Made by a program: the position numbers and the translations under genes
The notes under the pieces: model-generated
What the model saw: only the letters and a program-made list of their open reading frames with translations
Database searches by the model: none
Told to the model about the DNA's origin: nothing
Assembly (NCBI RefSeq): GCF_964213995.1
Contig: NW_027590177.1
Location: 558,001-622,000, forward strand
DNA: 64,000 nucleotides
Source: Mustelus asterias
Taxonomy: Eukaryota
Direction of reading: 5' to 3'
In this document: one piece after another, positions 20,318-32,460 of the stretch
Layout: the number at the start of each line of letters is the position of its first letter
Numbering within the stretch: the stretch's first letter is position 1

Positions 20318-23211
20318 TTTGTCAGGGGAGTGGGAAAGGGAGTTGTAGTCCAGAAGTCAGTGAGGGTGGTGAGGTATTGGGGAAGGTATCAGGGTCAAGG
20401 GTGGGTACTGGTAGACAGGAAGGTGGGTTGAAGTGTGTCTACTTCAATGCAAGGAGCATCCGGAACAAGGTAGATGAACTTGGGGCGTGGATTGGTACTT
20501 GGGACTACGATGTTGTGGCCATTACGGAGACGTGGGTAGAACAAGGACAGGAATGGTTGTTGGACGTTCCGGGGTATAGATGTTTCACTAAGTGTAGGGA
20601 AGCTGGTAAAAGAGGTGGAGGAGTGGCATTGTTAATCAAGGATAGTTTAACGGCTGCGGAAAGGCACTTCGTGGGGGATCTGCACACTGAGGTAATATGG
20701 GCTGAAGTTAGAAATAGGAAAGGAGCGGTCACGTTGCTAGGAGTTTACTATAGGCCCCCAAATAGTAATAGAGATGTGGAGGAAGAAATTGCTAAGCATA
20801 TTATGGATATGTGTGGGGGTCACAGGGTAGTTGTCATGGGGGACTTTAACTTTCCAAATATTGATTGGAACCTTTGTAGGTCAAATAGTTTGGATGGGGC
20901 AGTTTTTGTGCAGTGTGTGCGGGAGGGTTTCCTGACACAATATGTGGATGGGCCAACTAGAGGTGAGGCCACATTGGATTTGGTACTGGGAAATGAACCG
21001 GGCCAAGTGTTAGATTTGGTTGTGGGAGAGCACTTTGGAGATAGTGACCACAATTCGGTGTCTTTTGTTATTGCAATGGAGAGGGATAGGGCCGTACGGC
21101 AGGGCAAGGTTTACAATTGGGGGAGAGGTAATTATGATGCGATTAGGCAAGAATTAGGGGGCATAAGTTGGGAACAGAAACTGTCAGAGAAAGGAACTAA
21201 TGAAAAGTGGAATTTTTTCAAGGAACAAATACTGGATGTCCTTGATAGGTATGTTCCTGTCAGGCAGGGAGGAAATGGCCGAGTGAGGGAACCATGGTTC
21301 ACAAAAGAGGTGGAATGTCTTGTGAAAAGGAAGAGGGAAGCTTATGTCGGGATGAGGAAACAAGGTTCAGATGGCTCGATTGAGGGTTACAAGTTAGCAA
21401 GGAATGAGCTGAAAAAGGGGCTGAGGAGAGCTAGGAGGGGACATGAGAAGTCCTTGGCGGGTCGGATCAAGGAAAACCCCAAGGCTTTTTACTCTTATGT
21501 GAGGAATAAAAGAATGACCAGGGTGAGGTTAGGGCCGGTCAAGGACAGTAGTGGGAACTTGTGTATGGAGTCAGTAGAGATAGGCGAGGTGATGAATGAA
21601 TACTTTTCTTCAGTGTTCACCAAGGAGAGGGGCCATGTTTTTGAGGAAGAGAAGGTGTTACAGGCTAATAGGCTGGAGGAAATAGATGTTCGGAGGGAGG
21701 ATGTCTTGGCAGTTTTGAATAAACTGAAGGTCGATAAGTCCCCTGGGCCTGATGAAATGTATCCTAGGATTCTTTGGGAGGCAAGGGATGAGATTGCAGA
21801 GCCTTTGGCGTTGATCTTTGGGTCCTCGCTGTCCACGGGGATGGTGCCAGAGGACTGGAGAATGGCGAATGTTGTTCCTCTGTTTAAGAAAGGGAATAGA
21901 AATGACCCTGGTAATTATAGACTGGTTAGTCTTACTTCGGTGGTTGGTAAATTGATGGAAAGGGTCCTTAGGGATGGGATTTACGACCATTTAGAAAGAT
22001 GCGGATTAATCCGAGATAGTCAGCACGGATTCGTGAAGGGCAAGTCGTGCCTCACAAATTTGATAGAATTTTTTGAGGAGGTAACTAAGTGTGTTGATGA
22101 AGGTAGGGCAGTTGATGTCATATACATGGATTTTAGTAAGGCGTTTGATAAGGTCCCCCATGGTCGGCTTATGATGAAAGTGAGGAGGTGTGGGATAGAG
22201 GGAAAGTTGGCCGATTGGATAGGCAACTGGCTGTCTGACCGAAGACAGAGGGTGGTGGTCGATGGAAAATTTTCGGATTGGAGGCAGGTTGCTAGCGGTG
22301 TGCCGCAGGGATCAGTGCTTGGTCCTCTGCTCTTTGTGATTTTTATTAATGACTTAGAGGAGGGGGCTGAAGGGTGGATCAGTAAATTTGCTGATGACAC
22401 CAAGATTGGTGGAGTAGTGGATGAGGTGGAGGGCTGTTGTAGGCTGCAAAGAGACATAGATAGGATGCAAAGCTGGGCTGAAAAATGGCAAATGGAGTTT
22501 AACCCTGATAAATGTGAGGTGATTCATTTTGGTAGGACAAATTTAAATGTGGATTACAGGGTCAAAGGTAGGGTTCTGAAGACTGTGGAGGAACAGAGAG
22601 ATCTTGGGGTCCATATCCACAGATCTCTAAAGGTTGCCACTCAAGTGGATAGAGCTGTGAAGAAGGCCTGTAGTGTGTTAGCTTTTATTAACAGGGGGCT
22701 GGAGTTTAAGAGCCGTGGGGTTATGCTGCAACTGTACAGGACCTTGGTGAGACCACATTTGGAATATTGTGTGCAGTTCTGGTCACCTCACTATAGGAAG
22801 GATGTGGAAGCGCTGGAAGGAGTGCAGAGGAGATTTACCAGGATGCTGCCTGGTTTGGAGGGTAGGTCATATGAGGAAAGGTTGAGGGAGCTAGGGCTAT
22901 TCTCTCTGGAGCGGAGGAGGCTGAGGGGAGACTTAATAGAGGTGTATAAAATGATGAAGGGGATAGATAGAGTGAACGTTCAAAGACTATTTCCTCGGGT
23001 GGATGGAGCTATTACAAGGGGGCATAACTATAGGGTTCGTGGTGGGAGATACAGGACGGATATCAGAGGTAGGTTCTTTACGCAGAGAGTGGTTGGGGTG
23101 TGGAATGGACTGCCTGCAGTGATAGTGGAGTCAGACACTTTAGAAACATTTAAGCGGTTATTGGATAGGCACATGGAGCACACCAGGATGATAGGGAGTG
23201 GGATAGCTTGA
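20308..23211 (+). CDS. LINE ORF2: APE endonuclease plus reverse transcriptase
   Basis: CVYFNARS, ITETW, GVYYRPP, GDFN, SDH (APE); QHGF, DFSKAFD, PQGSVLGP, FADD (RT). No stops. The frame is open from 20197 but the first ATG is at 20803, so the start given is the proposed frameshift site. Confidence 0.93.
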   Translation, partial: FKLICQGSGKGSCSPEVSEGGEVLGKVSGSRVGTGRQEGGLKCVYFNARSIRNKVDELGAWIGTWDYDVVAITETWVEQGQEWLLDVPGYRCFTKCREAGKRGGGVALLIKDSLTAAERHFVGDLHTEVIWAEVRNRKGAVTLLGVYYRPPNSNRDVEEEIAKHIMDMCGGHRVVVMGDFNFPNIDWNLCRSNSLDGAVFVQCVREGFLTQYVDGPTRGEATLDLVLGNEPGQVLDLVVGEHFGDSDHNSVSFVIAMERDRAVRQGKVYNWGRGNYDAIRQELGGISWEQKLSEKGTNEKWNFFKEQILDVLDRYVPVRQGGNGRVREPWFTKEVECLVKRKREAYVGMRKQGSDGSIEGYKLARNELKKGLRRARRGHEKSLAGRIKENPKAFYSYVRNKRMTRVRLGPVKDSSGNLCMESVEIGEVMNEYFSSVFTKERGHVFEEEKVLQANRLEEIDVRREDVLAVLNKLKVDKSPGPDEMYPRILWEARDEIAEPLALIFGSSLSTGMVPEDWRMANVVPLFKKGNRNDPGNYRLVSLTSVVGKLMERVLRDGIYDHLERCGLIRDSQHGFVKGKSCLTNLIEFFEEVTKCVDEGRAVDVIYMDFSKAFDKVPHGRLMMKVRRCGIEGKLADWIGNWLSDRRQRVVVDGKFSDWRQVASGVPQGSVLGPLLFVIFINDLEEGAEGWISKFADDTKIGGVVDEVEGCCRLQRDIDRMQSWAEKWQMEFNPDKCEVIHFGRTNLNVDYRVKGRVLKTVEEQRDLGVHIHRSLKVATQVDRAVKKACSVLAFINRGLEFKSRGVMLQLYRTLVRPHLEYCVQFWSPHYRKDVEALEGVQRRFTRMLPGLEGRSYEERLRELGLFSLERRRLRGDLIEVYKMMKGIDRVNVQRLFPRVDGAITRGHNYRVRGGRYRTDIRGRFFTQRVVGVWNGLPAVIVESDTLETFKRLLDRHMEHTRMIGSGIA

Positions 23212-24719
23212 TCTTGGTTTCAGATAAAGCTCGGCACAACATCGTGGGCCGAAGGGCCTGTTCTGTGCTGTACTGTTCTATGTTCTATGTTCTAATATGG
23301 AGACTGGAGACATCAGCTAATCTGAGCAGCAAACTCACTATTGTCCCCAAATCCCTGCATGTTGAAGTATTTTAGCCATTTTCCAATCAGCTGAATATGA
23401 GATGGGATGGAATATACAGATTCAACAAGTCAGTCTGTAACACTGTGGAGCATCTCCAACTTGCCTCTTCCCCTTACTATTAAACAGTTGATTTTTTCAC
23501 TCTTAATCTGTCAGTTATGGCACTAAGAATAAAGGGCTGAATGGCCTATTTCTGCTTCTATTTCATACGTCTGTATGTATGTTAGTATTGAATGGGAAAC
23601 TAGAGGTACAATGAGAGATTGAAATGAGGAATGATGTGAGGAAGCTCCTTTGGAGCAGAAACACTGAGCTGGACTTGTTGTGTCCAATGGCCTGTTTTGC
23701 CTCCTGTGTCATTTCACTCCTGAAGGGTCTGCTTCAAACTTTTAGACAATGCCACAGATTCCTGGACTGTCAAACCAGCAGAAATAATTTATATTTACCC
23801 TCTGTTCCTCTTCATGTGTTTGATTCTTTTACTGTCACTGTTAATCACACCCAGAACTGAACCATGTTCATTCTGGTAATTGGAGTTTATTTCTACTGAT
23901 TATTAATATCTTTGTAACTGGGCTGGAGTTTAATATCTTGATGTCAGTTAAATAAATCAACTTTGTTTCAAACAGTGTGTCAAGTACTTGATTTCTCCAG
24001 GATTAATTGATTGATTAATTGATGTCCTGTTACCGACTGTTCTGTTTTTGGATCTTTTCTCCTTTCTAACTCTAGATTATTTCAGTTCTCATACCTTCAG
24101 TTACTCTCATGGACAAGTCCCAGCTCCTCGTACCTTCCAGAGTGTCTCTCCCAGCCTAGAGATTCAGGGAAGTTTCAGTATTAAAAACAGAAAATGCTGG
24201 AGTTAGTAATCCATACTTTTCCAAGTATCAGTTGATTGTGTCCCAGATTATTGGTTTCATTTTCCCCACCGCTGATGTTAAGCTGATTGTTCTGTAATTG
24301 CTGTGTTTTGAACAGGGATGTAACATTTACATTCTCTCAGTCCTTTGTCACCACTACTCTATAAGGATTGGAAGATTGTGGTCAGAGCCTCCACAAACTC
24401 CATGTGAAGGACACTGTGTCAGAGTGCAGCAGTCCCTCAATGTCAGACTGCAGTGTCAGCCTAGATAATGTGCTCAGCTTGATGAGTATTTCCTGTTGTT
24501 ATTGATGTGGATCATTCAGAAACAATGGACTCTGATGATGTCATCCAGTCCTGCTGCGATGATGTCATAGAGACTATTACATCACAGCGGAGCCTTAGTG
24601 GAGAAAACAGTTTTGTTCCAGACGGCAGCAAGTCCATTACTGATAGATCTGGAAATGAGAAGACTGGGAATGAAAGCACCCCAAGTTATTTCAGAGGAGT
24701 TTCATAAAGAAAAAAATGA

Positions 24720-25051
24720 CAATGGTTAGCACTGCTGCCTCATAGCGCTAGGGACCCAGGTTTAATTCAGGCCTTGGGTGACTATCTGTCTGGAGTTTGA
24801 ACACTCTCCCCATGTCTGTGTGGGTTTCCTCTGAGTGCTTGGATTTCCTCTCACAGTCCAAAGATGTGCAGGTTAGGTTGATTGGCTATGCTAAATTGCC
24901 CCTTAGTGTCCCAAGTTATGCAGGTTAGATGGATTAGGAATGGTAAATGTGTTCCAGGAATAGGGTGAGGGCCTGGGTATGATTCCCTTTCAGAATATCG
25001 GTACAGACTCGATCAGCCAAATGGCCTCTTCTGCATTGTAGGGATTCTATG
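24720..25051 (+). mobile_element. HE1/V-SINE-type SINE (a further partial copy at 25249-25460)
   Basis: Consensus core and tail. Confidence 0.85.
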
Positions 25052-25459
25052 AGTGACAGAGCATAATATTAGGATGGATGGACAAAAGCCTGATTGGAGA
25101 AGCAGATCTTGAATTACGAGAGAGAGATGAACAGTTTAGGGAGGGAATTTCAGAGTTTCACACTCAGACCCTGCCACCAATGGTGGTGTAATTAAAACCA
25201 TGGATGCGCAAGAGGCCTGAATGAGAAGAGTGCAGATATCTGGGGGCCAAGCTAAATTGCCCCTTAGTGTCCCAAGATGTGTAGGTTAGGGAGATTTGCA
25301 GGGTAAATACTTGGGGTTATGGGAAACAGATCTGTGCGTGGTTGCCCTGAGTGTCAGGGATATTATGTGAGGTTACAAGGATACGACCTGGGATTGTTAT
25401 CAGTGCAGACTTGATGGGCCGAATGGGCTCCTTCCGCATTTCAGGGATTCTATTCTATG

Positions 25460-25895
25460 ATCTCAGGGAATTGTGAAACTGGAGATTACTGAGATAGAGA
25501 GGGATCAGGTCATGGAGGAATTTGAAAATAAGGATGTGAATTTTAAAATCGAGGCATGACTTGACTTAAAGCCGGTGTAGGTCAGTAAGCAGGGCAGGGG
25601 GTGGGGGGAGATGGGTGAATGGGATTTGGTGTGAGAAAGCCGGCAGGCAGCAGAGTTTTGGACGATCTCACCTTTCCATGTGGGAGTGGGGTGAATGTGA
25701 GAGGCTGCTCAGAAATGTACTGGAATCATCAAGTCTAAAGGTAACACAGGCTTGGGTGAGGGTTTCAGCAGCAGATGAGCTGGGGTAGGGTGGAGATTGC
25801 TGACATTATGGTGATTGAAATATTTGGTATTAGTGATGGTGTGGATATGTGGTCAGAAACTCATCCTGTTGTTAAATCTGACACCAAGGTCTGAA
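25460..25895 (-). mobile_element. Decayed L2-like LINE fragment
   Basis: Purine-rich plus strand with motifs resembling the antisense of an L2 ORF2 3' end (atttgaaaataaggatg, gcagagttttggacg, ctaaaggtaacacaggcttgggtgagggtttc). Confidence 0.5.
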
Positions 25896-25994
25896 TTTTC
25901 CATCTGTCGGGCACACTCACACGGGAGAGCCTGGAAGTGGGTGCAATCGGCCCCGGAATGTGATTTCAGACTGGCTGGCCAATTAATGATCAGT

Positions 25995-26324
25995 CATAGA
26001 AACCCTACAGTGCAGAAGGAGGCCATTCAGCCCATCGAGTCTGCACCGACCACAATCCCACCCAGGCCCTACCTCCACATATTTTACCCACTAATCCCTC
26101 TAACCTATGCATCCCAGGACTCTAAGGAGCAATTTTTTTTTAACCTGGCCAATTAACCTAACCCGCACATCTTTGGACTGTGGGAGGAAACCAGAGCACC
26201 CGGAGGAAACCCACGCAGACACGAGGAGAATATGCAAACTCCACACAGACAGTGACCCGAGCCGGGAATCGAACCCAGGACCCTGGAGCTGTGAAGCAGC
26301 AGTGCTAACCATTGTGCTACCGCG
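25995..26324 (-). mobile_element. HE1/V-SINE-type SINE, young copy
   Basis: Near-identical reverse complement of 4114-4447. Confidence 0.92.
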
Positions 26325-26754
26325 CAGTCAGTGTGAAATGCATGCTGGGAAAGGCTCAGTGCTGCCGGGGAGGGAGGGAAGGGGATGGGCACTGAGGAAA
26401 GCGAGGGTGCTGTTGGCATTTCCAATACACTCCCTCAGGGGGACAGCTGCTGCGGAGCCTGTCTCACAGCTACTGACCTGTAAAAAATAAACTGCGATGG
26501 AGCTCCTCACACTTGTTGGGGGTGAGGATGGCAGAGACGGGGAGAGGGAGAACCCTTCAAAAGGAATTAACTTCTATTAGTGATATTAAAAAGACACAAC
26601 ACACTGTGTTTAACACAAAGCTGATTTATTTGACTCTTATCCAGAATATTTACACCTATAACCGGGCTGGTGTTTATTAACATCAGCAGGACTAGACTCC
26701 AGTGAATAATCTTCGGACCTGCAGGTGACTAACAGCAAAACCCAATCACTATAG

Positions 26755-29700
26755 TTACTTGTGGCCTTGCTGGTGTCTCAGCAGATGGGATGACTGAGTG
26801 AATCCCCTCCCACACACAGAGCAGGAGAACGGTTTCTCCCCGGTGTGAATGCGCCGGTGTTTCAGCAGACTGGATGAGTGATTGAATCCCTTCCCACACT
26901 CAGAGCAGCTGAGCGGCCTCTCCCCAGTGTGAATTCTCTGGTGTACAGTGAGCTGAGATGATTTCCTGAATCCAGTCCCACAGCGAGAGCATCTGAACGG
27001 TCTCTCGTCAGTGTGAATACGTTGATGGGTCACCAGTTCCCCAGAACTTTTAAAGCACTTCCCACAATCCAGGCATTTAAATGGTCTCTCGTCAGAGTGA
27101 ACCCGTTGATGGGATGTTAGTTCCACAGAACTTTAAAAGCACTTCTCACAGTTCAGGCACTTAAAGGGTCTCTCATCAGTGTGAACTCGCTGATGTTTCA
27201 GTAGGTGAGATGACTGAGTGAATCCCTTCCCACACACAGAGCAGGTAAATGGTTTCTCCCCAGTGTGGATTCGCTGGTGTTTCAGCAGATCAGATAACTG
27301 AATGAATCCATTCCCACAATCGGAGCAGGTAAATGGTCTCTCTCCAGTGTGAATTCGCTGATGTGTCATCAGGTGGTGACACATCAGGCACTGATGAAAA
27401 GTGGAACTTTTTCAAGGAACAAATACTGGGTGTCCTTGATAGGTATGTCCCTGTCAGGCAGGGAGGAAATGGCCGAGTGAGGGAACCGTGGTTCGCAAAA
27501 GAGGTGGAATGTCTTGTGAAAAGGAAGAGGGAAGCTTATGTAGGGATGAGGAAACAAGGTTCAGATGGCTCGACTGAGGGTTACAAGTTAGCAAGGAACA
27601 AGCTGAAAAAGGGGCTGAGGAGAGCTTGGAGGGGACATGAGAAGTCCTTGGCGGGTCGGATCAAGGAAAACCCCAAGGCTTTTTACTCTTATGTGAGGAA
27701 TAAAAGAATGACCAGGGTGAGGTTAGGGCCGGTCAAGGACAGTGGTGGGAACTTGTGTATGGAATCAGTAGAGATAGGCGAGGTGATGAATGAATACTTT
27801 TCTTCAGTGTTCACCAAGGAGAGGGGCCATGTTTTTCAGGAAGAGAAGGTGTTACAGGCTAATAGGCTGGAGGAAATAGATGTTCGGAGGGAGGATGTAT
27901 TGGCAGTTTTGAATAAACTGAAGGTCGATAAGTCCCCTGGGCCTGATGAAATGTATCCTAGGATTCTTTGGGAGGCGAGGGATGAGATTGCAGAGCCTTT
28001 GGCTTTGATCTTTGGGTCCTCGCTGTCCACGGGGATGGTGCCAGAGGACTGGAGAGTGGCAAATGTTGTTCCTCTGTTTAAGAAAGGGAATAGAAATGAC
28101 CCTGGTAATTATAGACCGGTTAGTCTGACTTCGGTGGTTGGTAAATTGATGGAAAAGGTCCTTAGGGATGGGATTTACGACCATTTAGAAAGATGCGGAT
28201 TAATCCGGGATAGTCAGCACGGATTTGTGAAGGGCAAATCGTGCCTCACAAATTTGATAGAATTTTTTGAGGAGGTAACTAGGTGTGTTGATGAAGGTAG
28301 GGCGGTTGATGTCATATACATGGATTTTAGTAAGGCGTTTGATAAGGTCCCCCATGGTCGGCTTATGATGAAAGTAAGGAGGTGTGGGATAGAGGGAAAG
28401 TTGGCCGATTGGATAGGTAACTGGCTGTCTGATCGAAGACAGAGGGTGGTGGTGGATGGAAAATTTTCGGACTGGAGGCAGGTTGCTAGCGGAGTGCCGC
28501 AGGGATCGGTGCTTGGTCCTCTGCTCTTTGTGATTTTTATTAATGACTTAGAGGAGGGGGCTGAAGGGTGGATCAGTAAATTTGCTGATGACACCAAGAT
28601 TGGTGGAGTAGTGGATGAGGTGGAGGGGTGTTGTAGGCTGCAAAGAGACATAGATAGGATGCAAAGCTGGGCTGAAAAATGGCAAATGGAGTTTAACCCT
28701 GATAAATGTGAGGTGATTCATTTTGGTAGGACTAATTTAAATGTGGATTACAGGGTCAAAGGTAGGGTTCTGAAGACTGTGGAGGAACAGAGAGATCTTG
28801 GGGTCCATATCCACAGATCTCTAAAGGTTGCCACTCAAGTGGATAGAGCTGTGAAGAAGGCATATAGTGTGTTAGCTTTTATTAACAGGGGGTTGGAGTT
28901 TAAGAGCCGTGGGGTTATGCTGCAACTGTACAGGACCTTGGTGAGACCGCATTTGGAATATTGCGTGCAGTTCTGGTCACCTCACTATAAGAAGGATGTG
29001 GAAGCGCTGGAAAGAGTGCAGAGGAGATTTACCAGGATGCTGCCTGGTTTGGAGTGTCGGTCTTATGAGGAAAGGTTGAGGGAGCTGGGGCTGTTCTCTC
29101 TGGAGCGGAGGAGATTGAGGGGAGACTTAATAGAGGTTTATAAAATGATGAAGGGGATAGATCGAGTGAACGTTCAAAGACTATTTCCTCGGGTGGATGG
29201 AGCTATTACGAGGGGGCATAACTATAGGGTTCATGGTGGGAGATATAGGAAGGATATCAGAGGTAGGTTCTTCACGCAGAGAGTGGTTGGGGTGTGGAAT
29301 GGACTGCCTGCAGTGATAGTGGAGTCAGACACTTTAGGAACATTTAAGCGGTTATTGGATAGGCACATGGAGCACACCAGGATGGTAGGGAGTGGGATAG
29401 CTTGATCTTGGTTTCAGATGAAGGTCGGCACAACATCGTGGGCCGAAGGGCCTGTTCTGTGCTGTACTGTTCTATGTTCTATGTAGGTGGGATGACTGAG
29501 TGAATCCCTTCCAACACACAGAGCAGGTGAATGGCCTTTCCCCAGTGTGACCACGTTGGTGTCCTAACAGATTGGATAACTGAGTGAATCCCTTCCCACA
29601 CTCAGAACATGTGAATGGTCTCTCCCCATTGTGATCTCGCTGGTGTTTTAGCAGACTGGATGACTGAGTGAATCCCTTCCCACACTGAGGGCAGGTGAAT

Positions 29701-29906
29701 GGTCTCTCCCCAGTGTGACTGCGTCGATGAGTTTCCAGGTCAGATGGATAACTAAACGCTTTCCCACAATCCCCACATTTCCACAGCTTCTCCCCAGTGT
29801 GACTGTGCTTGTGTCTCGACAGGCCAGATGATCGACTGAAGCCTTGTCCACACACACAACACGTGTATGGTTTCTCCTCACTGTGAACAGTGCTTTTTCC
29901 TTCCAT
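26755..29906 (-). pseudogene. C2H2 ZNF (locus 6), about 12 fingers, split by a CR1 insertion
   Basis: The 5' half 29485-29906 (MEGKSTVH...FTQSSHL) and the 3' half 26755-27376 (HLMTHQRIH...) join in frame; one in-frame TAA at 27133-27135. Confidence 0.93.
27386..29484 (+). mobile_element. 5'-truncated sibling of the young CR1, intact RT frame
   Basis: Near-identical to 21192-23292; ORF open to 29405; TSD aggtgg at 27371-27376 and 29485-29490. Confidence 0.97.
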
Positions 29907-31059
29907 GTTTAATATTCAATGATATTCAAGTTACGATAAATGATACACCTCTGTCAGCTCCTGGTGTGATGTTTGCTTTCAGTTTCCTGACTGTAAATCC
30001 TCCTCTTCTAAAACCCTGTGAAATTGATTTAAAACAAAAAAACAGGAGTGAGAGAGAACCCACAAAAACACAAAGGCAGCTTGTGAAATTGAGCTGAATG
30101 AATCTGGTAATTTGTCTGATACTAATGAACAGTGCTGGATTATCATAAAAACCCAACTGATTCACTAATGTCCATCAGGGAAAGGAACCTACCACCCAGT
30201 CTGGGTCTGTACAGACTCAGGCCTCTATTTAAGGAGAGTTCAAGACAGTGGGAGGGAATGGGGAGTAATGCAAGAGGTGAGGTTGTGGGGGGATGGGGGA
30301 GGTGCTGGTGATGGCAGGAGGAGAGGGATTTTACACATCTATAACTCAGCTGGAGCTTTGACAGAATCTCCCAAACCCTCAACTTCCACCACCTGGAAGG
30401 ACCAGGATCACAAGTGTGAATGAACACCTCGAAATTCACCTTCAAGTCTCACACACCAGGGGATTTTCACAGTAACTTCATCGCAGTGTTAATATAAGCC
30501 TACTCGTGACATGATAAACTTTTAAAAAAGCGTTAAACACACTGTCCTGACTTGTCTGCCATCCAGTCCTGGATGAACAGACATTTTATATATTGGGAAG
30601 ACTGAAGCCACTGGTTTCAGTCTTTGCTACAAACTTCACTCCCCAGCCACCGACTCCATCTCTCTCCCTGATAATTGTCCGAGGCTGAACATGATTGTTC
30701 ACAACCATGGTGACATGTTTCACCTCAGGAATTAGGAGTCGGCCATTCGGTCCATCAGGTCTTTCACCTCTGTCACTGTTTCAAGTCTGGATGACCCTTC
30801 TCCAAATGATCATTCAGACTCGAAGCGTTGGCTCTATTCTCTCTCCAAAGATGCTGTCAGACATGCTGAGATTTTCCAGCACTTTCTGTTTTTTGTTAAA
30901 CATTCACTTGATTTCAGTTGCTGTGGGTAAATCCTCCCCTTCTAACCCATGTAAAATAAGTTTCCAAAACCCATCACTCTCAGTCCAGGATAGAAATTCA
31001 CAACATTGTGTCTGCCTGCTTTCGGCTCAGGATTACTTAAGCTGGGACACATTTTCATT

Positions 31060-31400
31060 GGAAGCAGATGAGAAAATGTTCACCAGGCTGACTCCTGTGA
31101 TGAGGGTGTTTGGCTTCTGAGGAAAGGTGGAATAGGTTGGGCCTTTACCCATTGGAATTCAGAAGAATGAGAGGTGATCTTGGTGAAGCATATTAGATCC
31201 TGGGGGAGCTTGACTGGGTCGATTCTGAGAGGATGTATCCCCTCATGGGGTAATATCGAATTATGGAACAGTTAAAAAATAAGAGGTCTCTCAGTTTACA
31301 CCATGAGGAGAAACGTATTCTCTATGAAGACCATTAGTCTTTGGAAATTCCTTCTCCAGTAAGTAGGAGGCTTGGTCATTGAATACATTTAAGGCTGTGT
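31060..31400 (+). mobile_element. Decayed CR1 3' fragment
   Basis: ttcaccaggctg...gaattcagaagaatgagaggtgatct...ggtcattgaatacatttaaggctg. Confidence 0.7.
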
Positions 31401-31401
31401 T

Positions 31402-32200
31402 AAGTTCATAAGATATTGGAGCAGAATTAGGCCATTTGGCCCATCGAGTCTGCTCCGCCATTCGACCATGGCTGATATGCTCCTCATTCCCATTTTCCTG
31501 CCTTCTCCCCATAACCAGTTAAAAATCTGTCTAACTCCTCCTTAAATTTACTCACTGTCCCAGCATCCACCGCACTTCAGGGTAGCGAATTCCAGATTCA
31601 CAACCCTTTGGGAGAAGTAGTTTCTCCTCAACTCTATTTTAAATTTGCTGCCCCTTATCCTAAGACTATGAGCTCTCATTCTAGAATGTCCCACAAGAGG
31701 AAGCATCCACTCCACGTCTACTTTATCCATACCTTTTATCATCTTGTGTACCTCAATTTGATCTCCCCTCATTCTTCTAAATTCCAGAGAGTATAGGCCT
31801 ATATCTCTTCATACGACAAACCCCTCATCTCTGGAATCAATCTGGTGAACCTCCTCTGAACTGCCTCCAATGCCACTACATCTTTCCTCAAATAAAGGGT
31901 CCAAAACTATGCACAATACTCCAGGTGCGGCCTCACCAATGCCTTGTATAGTTCCTTACATTTATATTCTAATCCTTTAGCTATAAATGCCAACATTCCA
32001 TGCACTTTCTTTACAATCTGCTGTATCTGCATGCTGGTTTCCTGTGACTGGTGAATGCGGACACCCAGATCCTTCTGCACTGGAGCACCCTGAAGTCGCT
32101 CCCCATTTAGATAATAAATCACCTTCCCAACACTCCAGCCCAGGCAACATGCTGGTGACTCTCCTCTGCACTCTTTCTTGTGCAATCACATCCTTCCTAT
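31402..32200 (-). mobile_element. Decayed CR1 3' fragment(s)
   Basis: LYKALVRPHLEYCA and MRGDQIEVHKMIKG on the minus strand; tail at ~31405. Confidence 0.8.
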
Positions 32201-32460
32201 AGTGTTCCTCAGTGTTACGTTCTGTCTGATTCTGTCAGTTGATGTTTCTGAGATTCAGCTTGGGACACTCTCCTACATTAAGGTCTGATATAAATCAAAG
32301 TTATTTTTAAATCACATTGTAACAGACTGGGGAAGTCAGGATTAAAACAATATCTACGTAAATGGAGTTTGGTCACAGATCAGCCGTGACCCCAGTCAAT
32401 AAGAGAACAGGCTCAAGGGGGATAAATGATTTCCTCCTGTTCCCAAGAAACTTGGGCTCA

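Larger units (their letters stand above)
19648..23292 (+). mobile_element. Young near-full-length CR1-clade LINE (5'-truncated within ORF1)
   Basis: ORF1 remnant, intact ORF2, 3' UTR and (ttctatg)n tail; candidate 5-bp TSD taata at 19643-19647 and 23293-23297. Confidence 0.97.

Noticed and set aside
27333-27385. ZNF-antisense ATG extending the CR1 RT ORF to 690 aa as a chimeric gene
   Set aside because: Chance in-frame ATG from the antisense finger linker; no promoter evidence and the endonuclease domain is missing.
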